Source: Patescibacteria group bacterium
GTDB lineage: Bacteria; Patescibacteriota; Minisyncoccia; UBA6257; 1-14-0-10-40-38
Reading direction: 5' to 3'
NCBI GenBank assembly: GCA_038064975.1
Contig: JBBTRX010000002.1
Span: forward strand, 128,880-192,879
DNA length: 64,000 nt
The position numbers and the translations under genes are program-made. The first letter of the stretch is position 1; every line of letters begins with the position of its first letter. Positions 39,546 to 48,702 of this stretch are shown one piece after another. Below the pieces are notes generated by a model that had not been told where the DNA came from, did no database searches, and worked only from the letters and a program-made list of their open reading frames with translations.

Positions 39546-40139
39546 ATGAAAGAAAGCATCAAGGTCGCGCTAGTTATTGTAATAGTATCTGTAGGTATAG
39601 TATTTGCGGCAACGTATCTCGTTGCTAGCGAGACTTTTATGCCCCCAGAGTTCACGAGTGCGAGAATAGAAGGAGCGCGCCTTGCCGGGGAGATTGTGGC
39701 GCTTGCAGACAGTTCCCTTGCAAACCTTGAAGCGGTCTATCGTTACAATGCGAATAAAGATACGCAGGCAGCACTTGTTGTCGTTTCTCAAGAGATTTTA
39801 AAAATGAAAGAGATGCAAACTAAGGCCATTGGTCTTTCTACCGAGCTTGAAAAAATGGCCCGCTCGCTTGAACAAATCAAGCCGAATAAGGCAAAGATTC
39901 TTGCCACTGAGGCAGTAAGTTCGGAAATTGCGCTGGTAAGTCACTTAATTTCATACAACGATTATCTCTCACAGCTTTTTCACTCACTGAAAAATAGCAT
40001 AGAGGCGCCGCATCTTGGTCCCGGACAGAACATTGAAGTTCTCGTTGCTAAAATCAATGAAGAAACTGCGACTATCAACGAGCTTGATCGCCGCTTCAAT
40101 GCTACACTTGTTGAGTTTGATCAGGTCTTCAGTAATTAA
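39546..40139 (+). CDS. Membrane-anchored coiled-coil protein
   Basis: ATG 39546 just after TATAAT; N-terminal TM. Confidence 0.75.
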   Translation: MKESIKVALVIVIVSVGIVFAATYLVASETFMPPEFTSARIEGARLAGEIVALADSSLANLEAVYRYNANKDTQAALVVVSQEILKMKEMQTKAIGLSTELEKMARSLEQIKPNKAKILATEAVSSEIALVSHLISYNDYLSQLFHSLKNSIEAPHLGPGQNIEVLVAKINEETATINELDRRFNATLVEFDQVFSN

Positions 40140-40148
40140 CTTGTTTTC

Positions 40149-40222
40149 CGGAGTGTAGTATAGCGGTAGTACGCGTGCTTTGGGAGCACGTAGCCCGGGT
40201 TCGATTCCCGGCACTCCGACCA
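40149..40222 (+). tRNA. tRNA-Pro(TGG)
   Basis: CGGAGTG...CACTCCG-A-CCA; CGTGC-TT TGG GA-GCACG. Confidence 0.96.
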
Positions 40223-40235
40223 ATTAAAATCTTTT

Positions 40236-40358
40236 CGGGAATAGAACGGGAAAGGGGTCGGGAAAATCGGGAGTTTTCCCGAAGCGGAAGTTATTGAACC
40301 GCTGGGTTTCAAAGAGTCCGGCTCTGCCGGACGATGTGAGACCTCCCGGCACTCCGAC
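40236..40358 (+). repeat. tRNA-tail element 1
   Basis: ~76-bp core shared with 40513-40589; ends in TCCCGGCACTCCGAC identical to tRNA-Pro 40206-40220. Confidence 0.85.
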
Positions 40359-40433
40359 ATCGTAAGTAATCTCAGGGCTCTTTTCTTTTCTTGAACAAGA
40401 GCTGAAATAACGCTACTCTTGAAACTGTTATCT

Positions 40434-40505
40434 GTCCTCGTAGCTTAATGGATAAAGCAGGACTCTTCTAAGGTCTTGATGGGGGTTCGATTCCCTCCGA
40501 GGACA
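40434..40505 (+). tRNA. tRNA-Arg(TCT)
   Basis: GTCCTCG...CGAGGAC acceptor; GGACT-CT TCT AA-GGTCT; GTTCGATTC T-arm. Confidence 0.93.
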
Positions 40506-40512
40506 CAATCAA

Positions 40513-40629
40513 GGAATCGAACGGGAAAGGGGTCGGGAAAATCGGGAGTTTTCCCGAAGCGGAAGTTATTGAAACCGCTGGGTTTCAAAAGGAGCAAAGC
40601 GCCGCGTGAGCTTCTCTCCGAGGAAACAA
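40513..40629 (+). repeat. tRNA-tail element 2
   Basis: Same core; ends in TTCTCTCCGAGGAAACAA, 16/18 match to tRNA-Arg end 40491-40508. Confidence 0.85.
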
Positions 40630-40651
40630 CGATTAAAATCTCACCTCTATT

Positions 40652-41266
40652 ATGCATAAGAAACAAAACATAACGAAAAAATATTACGAAAAGAACGCCT
40701 TGCGTTGGGCGGAAGTCAAAACAAATTCTTTTGTTCATGAAAAGCAATTTAAGGAATTTATTAAATATCTTCCCAATGAGGGCAATGTTTTAGATATCGG
40801 CTGTGCTTATGGCATTCATATCCCTCTTTTTCTCGGCATTGGCAGAAAACTCAAATATGAAGGTATGGATATAACTCAGGCAATGCTTAAACTCGCTCGT
40901 TCTCGGTATCCACAGCTATCATTTCAATACGGCGACATAGCCGATAGTAAAACCCTTCCTCATAAGAAATATGATGGATTCTGGGCTGCGTCGGTATTAA
41001 TGCATGTCCCGCTTGAATTATGGAGTGATATGTTTGGGAATCTTGAATCAATTACTAAAAAAGGCGGCATTGGATATTTCAATGTTCCGCTTATTCATCC
41101 TAATCTTTCTCCGGAAGAAGACGTACGGCATTTTACTATTCTTAGTAAAAAGAAAATTCAAGAATTACTAGCAGAACGAGGATGGAATATCTTAAAATCA
41201 GGAATGATGGATGGATTCTCAAAGAAAAATACATGGATTTGGTTCATCGTTCGGCTGCCTAAGTAG
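40652..41266 (+). CDS. Class I SAM-dependent methyltransferase
   Basis: VLDIGCAYG, GMDIT..ML..AR, GD, YDGFWAASVLMHVP. Confidence 0.9.
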   Translation: MHKKQNITKKYYEKNALRWAEVKTNSFVHEKQFKEFIKYLPNEGNVLDIGCAYGIHIPLFLGIGRKLKYEGMDITQAMLKLARSRYPQLSFQYGDIADSKTLPHKKYDGFWAASVLMHVPLELWSDMFGNLESITKKGGIGYFNVPLIHPNLSPEEDVRHFTILSKKKIQELLAERGWNILKSGMMDGFSKKNTWIWFIVRLPK

Positions 41267-41293
41267 CTCGGTATTTTCGTTTTCTTCATAACT

Positions 41294-41319
41294 AAAATCC
41301 GCTCTTTCGAGCGGATTTT
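41294..41319. terminator. Bidirectional terminator
   Basis: AAAATCCGCTC-TTTC-GAGCGGATTTT. Confidence 0.75.
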
Positions 41320-41378
41320 GATTCTTGGTTGTTAGTTATCAGTTTTGTACATTATTTATTGCACATTGTTAATTACCG

Positions 41379-43856
41379 TTACGTACACCTCGAGAACCCG
41401 CAGGAGCGGCAGGAAAGGCACCCCTCGCCGAGCGTAAGCTGGTTTCCACAGTCGGGACATCCTGGCATAAGCCCATAGTCTGCAATCGCCATTTTTGCTG
41501 CTGGTGCAGGTGCTATCGTTTCTTTCTTTTCTACCTGTTTTTGAGCAACAGGGACAAAGTCCTTGATCCCCTCTTCATAAGAGAACGTTCCCTGAATGTG
41601 TTCTTCGATAAGCTTGCCGATTGCGTCAGGTAGTGAGAGTACTGTACCTTTACTCGTCATAACAGGCATTGGCCCGCGAATACCCTTCAATTGCTCAATA
41701 ATGCTCTCCACTTTAATACTTGATCGAAGCGCGAGAGAAATCATTCTGCAGATTGCTTCACTCTGTTCTTGGAAGAATCCTCCGCTTTTGCCAATCGTTG
41801 CGAAGACTTCAAATGGTGCGCCGTGCTCATCGTCATTGATCGTGATATAGAGATTTCCATATCCGGTCTTGATTTGATACGTTCGTCCCACAAGAGATGC
41901 TGGCCGTTTCTTTGGTTCTAAACGATTTTCATCAATGCGAAGTTCCTGTAACGGTGCGTCTATTTTTTTTGTGCTTTCTACGCGCCCCTTACCGGATCCC
42001 AATTCGCTTGGCGCTTGTAGTCCCTCTCCGGTTCCCAAATTCAAAATCTGAATGTTGCGTGATCCATCACGGTACACCGTTGCGCTCTTGCACTTTAATT
42101 TCCACGCCATAATATAACCGTTCAATACGTCTTCTTTCGTTGCGCTGTTCGGGAAGTTGATGGTCTTGGAAATTGAATTGTCTACATGCTTTTGGAATGC
42201 CGCTTGCATGCGCATGTGATCTTCCGCGGAGAGATCCATGGATACGATAAAGATTTTTTTCAAATCTTCTGGGATATCTTGAATGCTCTGAATGCTTCCA
42301 CTGCGGATAATTTCATCTTTGATAGATTGAATTTTTTCTTTGGAATATTTCTGGCGAGAAAGTTCAGCTTCGAAATAAGGATTGAAGTAGTGATACTGGA
42401 GTCCGTCCTTATCTTGTTTAACGTATGAAAGCGCAAAGTTCGGTTCAATGCCGGATGAGCAGTCGTACATCATAGAGATGGATCCGGTTGGCGCTACGGT
42501 TGTAAGCGCAGCGTTGCGGTGGGCATCTTTTTTCTTGCCATATTTCTTTCCATAGATACTCTCTTCAATGTTCGGAAAGGATCCTTTTTGAACTGCAAGT
42601 TCTCGAGAAGCTTTATGTGCGGCTTCATTGATAGTTTTCATAACACGCTCCCCCATCTTTCTTCCTTCTTCGGAATTATACGCAATGCCAAGTTGAAAGA
42701 GCATATCGGCAAAGCCCATGATTCCAAGCCCAATGCGGCGATTTTTTTGAGCAAGGTCCGTAACGGCCTGGACAGGGAAATCAAAGAGATCAATAACGTT
42801 GTCCATAAGGCGCGTTGCGGTGCGCGTTACGTGGCGGAGGCGGTTCCAATCCATAACTCCGTCATTCACGAACACGGCAAGGTTAATGGAGCCCAAGTTG
42901 CAATTGTCGTAGTGATGAAGGAATTGCTCTCCGCATGGATTGGAGCAATCAATAGCGCCAAGTCCCGGAAGCGGATTTGTTCGATTAACTTCGTCAATAA
43001 AGACGATGCCCGGTTCACCGTTCAACCACGCGTAATTTACAATCTCGTCAAAAAGTTCTTTTACCGTGAGCGTGACTTCTTCAACGCCGATGACACTTCC
43101 GTTATTCGCGCGAAGTACTTTGTGCGGCTTTGTCTTTTTTCCGTTCCATTCGCAATACCACTGCGTGTCTGGTTTCTCCACGAGCTGGCGCATAAATGAA
43201 TCAGTGACTTTCACTGAAATATTGAAATTGCGAATTTCTCCTTCAACTTCTTTTGATCGGATGAAATCCAAAACATCGGGATGATCAATTTGCATCATTG
43301 CCATGTTTGCTCCGTGGCGTCCTTGTTGTTTAATGACGCTAAATGCTTCGTTGTAAACCTTTAAAAAAGAAACTGGTCCCGACGCAACGCCATTAGATTT
43401 TTTTGTTGGCGTAAATGCTGGGCGAAGATGCGAAAAATCAAAACCCAATCCTGATCCTGCTTGTTGAAGCAATGATGCATCCTTCAGTGTAGTGAAAATA
43501 CTCTCCATAGAGTCCATGACGGGGAGCACGATGCAGTTTGCGATGAGCGGTGTAGCGCCGCCGGCGTTCGTAAGCGTGCGTCCTGCAGGCGTATATTCTT
43601 TGCGTCCCATGATTTCAAAGAATTCACGTTCGTATTTTGTGATTTCGGCTTTGTTCGCGCCGTAATTTTTTTCTACATGAGCAAGCGTGCTTGCTACACG
43701 GCGAAACATGTCCGCAGGAGTCTCTTGTGATCCGTCTGCGCGCTTTGCTAAGTAGCGCTTACGCATCATTTTGATCGCGTTCTCGGAAAAATTTGAATTT
43801 ACTTTTGCATCTGCTGACCGAGTTGCTGCTTTTGTTGAACGCGCCTGTTTCGCCAT
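41379..43856 (-). CDS. nrdJ: Class II (B12-dependent) ribonucleotide reductase with C-terminal TSCPD/Zn-ribbon
   Basis: ANCIV, SGPVSF, HPD, GEPG, SNPCGEQ, CNLGSINL, RRIGLG.MG, VAPTGSIS, NSISKTIN, YRDGSR, CPDC...CRSC. Confidence 0.95.
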   Translation of the reverse strand: MAKQARSTKAATRSADAKVNSNFSENAIKMMRKRYLAKRADGSQETPADMFRRVASTLAHVEKNYGANKAEITKYEREFFEIMGRKEYTPAGRTLTNAGGATPLIANCIVLPVMDSMESIFTTLKDASLLQQAGSGLGFDFSHLRPAFTPTKKSNGVASGPVSFLKVYNEAFSVIKQQGRHGANMAMMQIDHPDVLDFIRSKEVEGEIRNFNISVKVTDSFMRQLVEKPDTQWYCEWNGKKTKPHKVLRANNGSVIGVEEVTLTVKELFDEIVNYAWLNGEPGIVFIDEVNRTNPLPGLGAIDCSNPCGEQFLHHYDNCNLGSINLAVFVNDGVMDWNRLRHVTRTATRLMDNVIDLFDFPVQAVTDLAQKNRRIGLGIMGFADMLFQLGIAYNSEEGRKMGERVMKTINEAAHKASRELAVQKGSFPNIEESIYGKKYGKKKDAHRNAALTTVAPTGSISMMYDCSSGIEPNFALSYVKQDKDGLQYHYFNPYFEAELSRQKYSKEKIQSIKDEIIRSGSIQSIQDIPEDLKKIFIVSMDLSAEDHMRMQAAFQKHVDNSISKTINFPNSATKEDVLNGYIMAWKLKCKSATVYRDGSRNIQILNLGTGEGLQAPSELGSGKGRVESTKKIDAPLQELRIDENRLEPKKRPASLVGRTYQIKTGYGNLYITINDDEHGAPFEVFATIGKSGGFFQEQSEAICRMISLALRSSIKVESIIEQLKGIRGPMPVMTSKGTVLSLPDAIGKLIEEHIQGTFSYEEGIKDFVPVAQKQVEKKETIAPAPAAKMAIADYGLMPGCPDCGNQLTLGEGCLSCRSCGFSRCT

Positions 43857-44095
43857 GGGGTTAATAATGATTGAGGTTGATATTCGCCGAGACCTTTTTG
43901 TTGTTCTCCCATTGTACTCCTCCCAATCACTATCTGCATTGTGCATAACCTGTAGAAAAGTGAAAAAATTGACCTTTAAAATTTCTGTGTTGTATGGAGG
44001 TTCTTTTTTAAAGAAAAAACACGGACTTATGTGCATATTTTGATACTTTCTCTTGAATTTAATACATAAATTCGCTATGCTTTCCCTTACGATAA

Positions 44096-44159
44096 GCCGC
44101 GGTAGCTCAATGGTACCTGCCCGACTGAACGAGGTCAGTCGTTCGGGCGGGGAGCGTCC
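44096..44159 (+). pseudogene. Duplicated 5' fragment of tRNA-Phe interrupted by a 36-bp palindrome
   Basis: 44096-44115 plus 44152-44159 equal tRNA-Phe 44411-44438; insert CCTGCCCGA...TCGGGCGGG at 44116-44151. Confidence 0.9.
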
Positions 44160-44171
44160 CTTTTGCTGAAT

Positions 44172-44420
44172 ATGTATACTGTCTACGTACTTCAGGATAA
44201 AAATGATAAAATCTACAAGGGATTTACTAATAATCTTGCGCGTCGCTTGAAAGAGCATCGATCTGGAATGTCTCGAACGACCTCAAGAATGGAAGAGTTG
44301 GTGGTGGTTTATACGGAAACGTATAAGACGCTTGCTGAAGCGAGAAAAAGAGAACTCTATTTGAAATCAGCAGCTGGAAGAAGATTTCTAAAAAATAAGA
44401 TAGCAATAATGCCGCGGTAG
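44172..44420 (+). CDS. Small stand-alone GIY-YIG nuclease
   Basis: YTVYVL...IYKGFT.NL.RRLKEH, A.KRE.YLKS..GR.FL; stop lies inside the tRNA-Phe 5' end. Confidence 0.9.
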   Translation: MYTVYVLQDKNDKIYKGFTNNLARRLKEHRSGMSRTTSRMEELVVVYTETYKTLAEARKRELYLKSAAGRRFLKNKIAIMPR

Positions 44421-44482
44421 CTCAATGGTAGAGCGTCCGCCTGAAGAGCGGTAGGTTGTCAGTTCGATTCTGACCCGCGGCA
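44411..44482 (+). tRNA. tRNA-Phe(GAA)
   Basis: GCCGCGG...CCGCGGC-A; CCGC-CT GAA GA-GCGG. Confidence 0.94.
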
Positions 44483-44554
44483 CAAGAGAAATGGACGAAA
44501 AAAATGACCTGTATTTCTCTTATGCGTGAGTTACTATATAGTAAGCAGATTTAT

Positions 44555-44629
44555 GGTGCCTGTAGCTTAATGGTAAAGCTCCGCTCTGTGGCAGCGGCGA
44601 CGTGGGTCCGATTCCCATCAGGCACCCCA
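44555..44629 (+). tRNA. tRNA-His(GTG), island integration site
   Basis: G-1, GTGCCTG...CAGGCAC-C-CCA; CCGCT-CT GTG GC-AGCGG. Confidence 0.95.
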
Positions 44630-46096
44630 TTTGTGAGTTTCGTGCGCTTTTATGATCCCAGCGAACACAGGTTTCATTGTAAATACTGGCGTTCTCGCAT
44701 TTAGTACCGAGTTCTGAAGTACGAAATTCAAAAATACTCGTTTTTCCTGCGGTTCAGAACTTTCGAAGATTTCAAAAGCGCGCTTACAAATATCAAGCAA
44801 TCTGCTCGCTGTAAGGTGATATTCCTTATCTGCTGAGCTATGTTCTTGCATCTGCTGTAATAAATCTGCCTGTTTCGCTTTATACTCTTTCAATTTCTTG
44901 TCGTACATTTCGGGAGTAATACTGCCATCGTACTTGTCATCAGTCATTTTGCTGATCCGGCTCTCTATGCGGTCATACTCCGTTTTAAGACCGTCCATCG
45001 CGTTACTGTGAAATTCTTGCTCGGCTTCAGTGCTTACGCGTAAGCCACTTACTACGTAGTCAATTCCCTCTTTCGGCAGTCTAAGCTTCTTTATATGGGC
45101 GTAAATGGGCTTTAATAGTTCTTCTTCGGGTACATAGAGTTTTTGGCACTTACCTCGGTAGTTGGTGCAGTGATAGTAGATATACTTACCCTTGCTGATT
45201 TCTGGTGTAATAGTGCAACCGCATACGCCGCATGTCATAAGCCCTCGGAAAATGAAGGGCTTAGCGGCATGCTGAAACGGCTTCTTATTCCAGCTCTCAC
45301 AAACTTTTTGACATTTCAAGAAGAGACTCATCGAAATAAGTGACTCATAATGGTGCGGGTACTGTTTACCTTTCACATCCATCACGCCGTAGTAGAATCG
45401 AGTTTTGAGGATCATGGCGAGTCTACTCATGGCAATCGGGTTGCCATTCCTACTCCCTTTAAATCCTTCTTCTCTCATTCGCTTTGATAGCGTGATTAGC
45501 GAAAAGTTGCCGGTTGAATAGAGTTCGAAAGCTTTAATAACAAATGGTGCTGTTTTTGGATCAACTTCAATCGCTGATTTGTTCTCACTGGTTCTCGTGT
45601 TCAAGTATCCAATCGGGGCTTTAGCAATCCATTCGCCGTTTTTTAATTTCTGTTCATTGCTACGTTTCACGTTGTCGCTCAATTGCAAAACATAGCTGCG
45701 AGCAAACATAACGGCCATATCCCATTGCAAAAGCTGTGAGCTGTTGGCACTTGCCGTTAAAACCAAATTTTCTCGCACAAAGTGAATTTCGATTTTGCCT
45801 TGTTTTCGTAAATCATCTAAAACCACGCTTTCTTTAAAACTTCTTTGAAGGCGATCTACAGTTTCAACCACAAGGGCAATCGGTTCGCCGAATTTTGATT
45901 GCTTAATAACATCTAGGACTGCTTCAAATTTCTTTCGGCTATCCGTTGTCGAACTTTCTGCTATCTCAAAGACTTTCCAAAAATCGAGTTCTCTTTTCTC
46001 GACATATTCGGTAAGTCGCCTTGTTTGCGCTGATATGGATTGGCCCTCTTCGGCTTGTTCCTTTGTTGAAACTCTGGAAAGAATTATCGCCTTCAT
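44618..46096 (-). CDS. Large serine recombinase (C-terminus truncated at att site)
   Basis: SRVSTKEQ catalytic motif, VDRLQRS, APIGY, FRGLMTCGVCG Zn ribbon, coiled coil. Confidence 0.95.
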   Translation of the reverse strand: MKAIILSRVSTKEQAEEGQSISAQTRRLTEYVEKRELDFWKVFEIAESSTTDSRKKFEAVLDVIKQSKFGEPIALVVETVDRLQRSFKESVVLDDLRKQGKIEIHFVRENLVLTASANSSQLLQWDMAVMFARSYVLQLSDNVKRSNEQKLKNGEWIAKAPIGYLNTRTSENKSAIEVDPKTAPFVIKAFELYSTGNFSLITLSKRMREEGFKGSRNGNPIAMSRLAMILKTRFYYGVMDVKGKQYPHHYESLISMSLFLKCQKVCESWNKKPFQHAAKPFIFRGLMTCGVCGCTITPEISKGKYIYYHCTNYRGKCQKLYVPEEELLKPIYAHIKKLRLPKEGIDYVVSGLRVSTEAEQEFHSNAMDGLKTEYDRIESRISKMTDDKYDGSITPEMYDKKLKEYKAKQADLLQQMQEHSSADKEYHLTASRLLDICKRAFEIFESSEPQEKRVFLNFVLQNSVLNARTPVFTMKPVFAGIIKAHETHKWGA

Positions 46097-48702
46097 ATTT
46101 TCAATTTTTCTCTAAAGACCTTATCAAATTCCTGCTTAGTGGTTGCTTCGTTATAAAACGGAAGCCCAATAAGTTTTAGCCTACCTCTCTCAAATAAGGT
46201 TCTAATCTCAAATTCCGATTCTATTTCCTTTAGAAAATCTTCTTTCCATTTATCCTCAATCAACCCTCTATTGCCTTTTGGTTCGACAAAGAGCTGGTAT
46301 GACAAGGCCTTCTTGCCACCCTTTTCTTTTAGAAACAGGACAAAATCCGGCTCGATTGCTTGCCCATCGCTAAAACGATAGATTTTAAACAGACGTTCGT
46401 TCCTCAATAAATAAACATCTCGGTATTTTTTGCGTAATTCATCCATAGCCTGTCGTACGAACTGGATCAAATACTTTTCTTCAGAAGTCCCATAATTTTC
46501 GTCATACATGTACCAGTCTTGCGTGCTCAAATCGAGCCTCAACTCATCATTCAAGGTTTCGCTCATTGCCTTACCAAATTCAGCATCCTCACCTCTTATT
46601 AAGAATTCTAAAGTTTTTGTTTTGGCTAATATCTTAACTTTTTCGCCATGAAATTCTTTAGTTCCAATATATTCTTTATTACCTGCCTGAATTTTTTCTG
46701 CTAGCTCCTTCAAGACGTTTAGGGCAATATCAAATTTGTCGTAATTAGTTAGAGCATCCAGTCTACCGTTTTTTGCATACACTTCAATTTCAACTAATCC
46801 AGTAAAGTCTTTTGACGTAATAAATTCATCAATGGATTTCAAGTTTGGGAAAAAGAAACGCAAACTTACAAAACGATAAAAATCAATCTTATCTGCGGCT
46901 TTTCTTAAAATATGTTTTTCAATGTTATTTAGTTTGATCGTTTTCTTCTTAAGTTCCTCGGTTATGAGTGAGTCGGATTGATCGTCAAAAACACCGGATT
47001 CGGAAGATTGCCCACTTTTTATTTTATGCTTAAAAAGCGTATCTTGAATTATATCTTTTAAATTCTTTACGCTGGAATAATCTTTTTTTATCTGTTTATT
47101 AAGAAAAATTAGGCCGTCATTCCAAAAAGGTGTTTTAGTAATGTCATTCTTTATGGAAACAGTCTTATTTATTCGATTGTCCGGCGTAATACCAATGTTA
47201 ACTAATTCATTCCGCAATTCGGCAATGTATCGAGAATCGGTCAGGCTGTGATAATGTAACTCTTCTAAGACTCGCAATTCACTATTTAAATCCTTGTCAT
47301 ATTTACGTTTGTCTTTCTCTTCTTGAGCCTCCGTTGAAAACGGGAAATATCTTGCGCCTCGGCCTATGAGTTGTGCTTCAGATATGGTTATACTTCCGGC
47401 CTTACCGTATTTAGCGTCCCTTGTTTCGTAAAGTCGTACGATGTCAAACAAATTCAAAACATCCCAACCCTCGTTGAGCATATTCGTTGTAAAAATAGCT
47501 CTGGTTTCGTTGTTGTAGTCTTCTAAGGTATTTACCGTGATCTGTTTTGCTTCGCTGTCGGCTTTGCTGTTTATGATTAAGCATTTTTCCTTAGCAAAAT
47601 CTTCCTGAATTTCTTTTATTAAATGTGTTGGACTAATTTTGTTGGCTTTAAAAAAATCAACGGCTTGTTTCATTATTCCTCCTACATTACTTCTCTGTAT
47701 TCTAACCATATCTTCGGAATTTAAACCCTTGATCATCTTGTAAAATTCCTGTTCAAATTCTTCAGAATCCTTTATTTGTCTAGACTTGAACAAGATCACC
47801 GGCTTGAGCTGAATTTTGTATTTCTCGGCCACTTTGCGGCGATACTGGCTCAATATCACGGCCTGCAAAGCCCTGCTTCGTACTTCTAAATCAGATTGTA
47901 GCAACTGCACATCTTTAGAGTAACCATCCTCCCTAAAGCTTTTTAAAGCATATTGATAGATGATTTTATCGGCATATTTTTTAGCTACGGCCGGATGGCT
48001 AAGCTCGATGGTCGCCGTATATTCGAGTAGTATATTTTGGCTATTAGCTTTGAAAATTCTATCTACTGTTCTTTCCCAGCTAGTCGCTTCTTCTTGTTCT
48101 TCTTTATCTAATTTTGACTTTGTTAGAGTATTTATATGGTGCGCCTCATCCGATAAAAAAACTACTTTCAGATTTTTGAAATCTTCATATGTGATTGAAT
48201 TTTCCTGCGGTGTATTTAATTTACTGTGCAAGCCTTGAATAGTCGTAAAAAGTATATTTATGTTGTCTGTGTTTGTGGCTTCAAAATTCTCAACGTCCTT
48301 AATCTCAATTTCTCTATCGTAAAAAGTAATTTTTTCAGCAAAAAGATATTTACTAGAGGCCTTATCCAAAAAATTACTTTTGGTTTTTTGTATTATATTC
48401 GTACTGTTCACAAAAAAGATAAAATTTCGATAACCTATGGAATATGAATATAAAATGTCAGCTGCCATTAAAAGGGTTTTGCCGCTACCAGTTGCCATAT
48501 GAAAAAGCAGATGAGCTGGAGCTTTCCGGCCTTCATAGGTAGCTAAATAATACCGAAAACGGGCTATAGCTTCTTTTTGATATTCCCGTATGGAGAATTT
48601 CGGATTCAGATTCTTTGAAACAAAATCAGGCACGTCTTTCGCAATGACCTTTTGTTTGGAAAGAATATTTAACTCATCTACTAGCTTGATACTAGTTTCC
48701 AT
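46093..48702 (-). CDS. Type III restriction endonuclease Res subunit
   Basis: REYQKEA, FHMATGSGKT, SDEAHH, YTAT, LNEGWDV, QLIGRGAR, PDF...FVEPKG nuclease. Confidence 0.92.
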   Translation of the reverse strand: METSIKLVDELNILSKQKVIAKDVPDFVSKNLNPKFSIREYQKEAIARFRYYLATYEGRKAPAHLLFHMATGSGKTLLMAADILYSYSIGYRNFIFFVNSTNIIQKTKSNFLDKASSKYLFAEKITFYDREIEIKDVENFEATNTDNINILFTTIQGLHSKLNTPQENSITYEDFKNLKVVFLSDEAHHINTLTKSKLDKEEQEEATSWERTVDRIFKANSQNILLEYTATIELSHPAVAKKYADKIIYQYALKSFREDGYSKDVQLLQSDLEVRSRALQAVILSQYRRKVAEKYKIQLKPVILFKSRQIKDSEEFEQEFYKMIKGLNSEDMVRIQRSNVGGIMKQAVDFFKANKISPTHLIKEIQEDFAKEKCLIINSKADSEAKQITVNTLEDYNNETRAIFTTNMLNEGWDVLNLFDIVRLYETRDAKYGKAGSITISEAQLIGRGARYFPFSTEAQEEKDKRKYDKDLNSELRVLEELHYHSLTDSRYIAELRNELVNIGITPDNRINKTVSIKNDITKTPFWNDGLIFLNKQIKKDYSSVKNLKDIIQDTLFKHKIKSGQSSESGVFDDQSDSLITEELKKKTIKLNNIEKHILRKAADKIDFYRFVSLRFFFPNLKSIDEFITSKDFTGLVEIEVYAKNGRLDALTNYDKFDIALNVLKELAEKIQAGNKEYIGTKEFHGEKVKILAKTKTLEFLIRGEDAEFGKAMSETLNDELRLDLSTQDWYMYDENYGTSEEKYLIQFVRQAMDELRKKYRDVYLLRNERLFKIYRFSDGQAIEPDFVLFLKEKGGKKALSYQLFVEPKGNRGLIEDKWKEDFLKEIESEFEIRTLFERGRLKLIGLPFYNEATTKQEFDKVFREKLKI

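Noticed and set aside
40136-40747. Short ORFs sharing GK.P.FP.PFP peptides
   Set aside because: Translations of the non-coding repeat and antisense tRNAs.
43857-44258. Long N-terminal extension of NrdJ
   Set aside because: Runs through the promoter region, tRNA fragment and antisense GIY-YIG; no RNR-like sequence.
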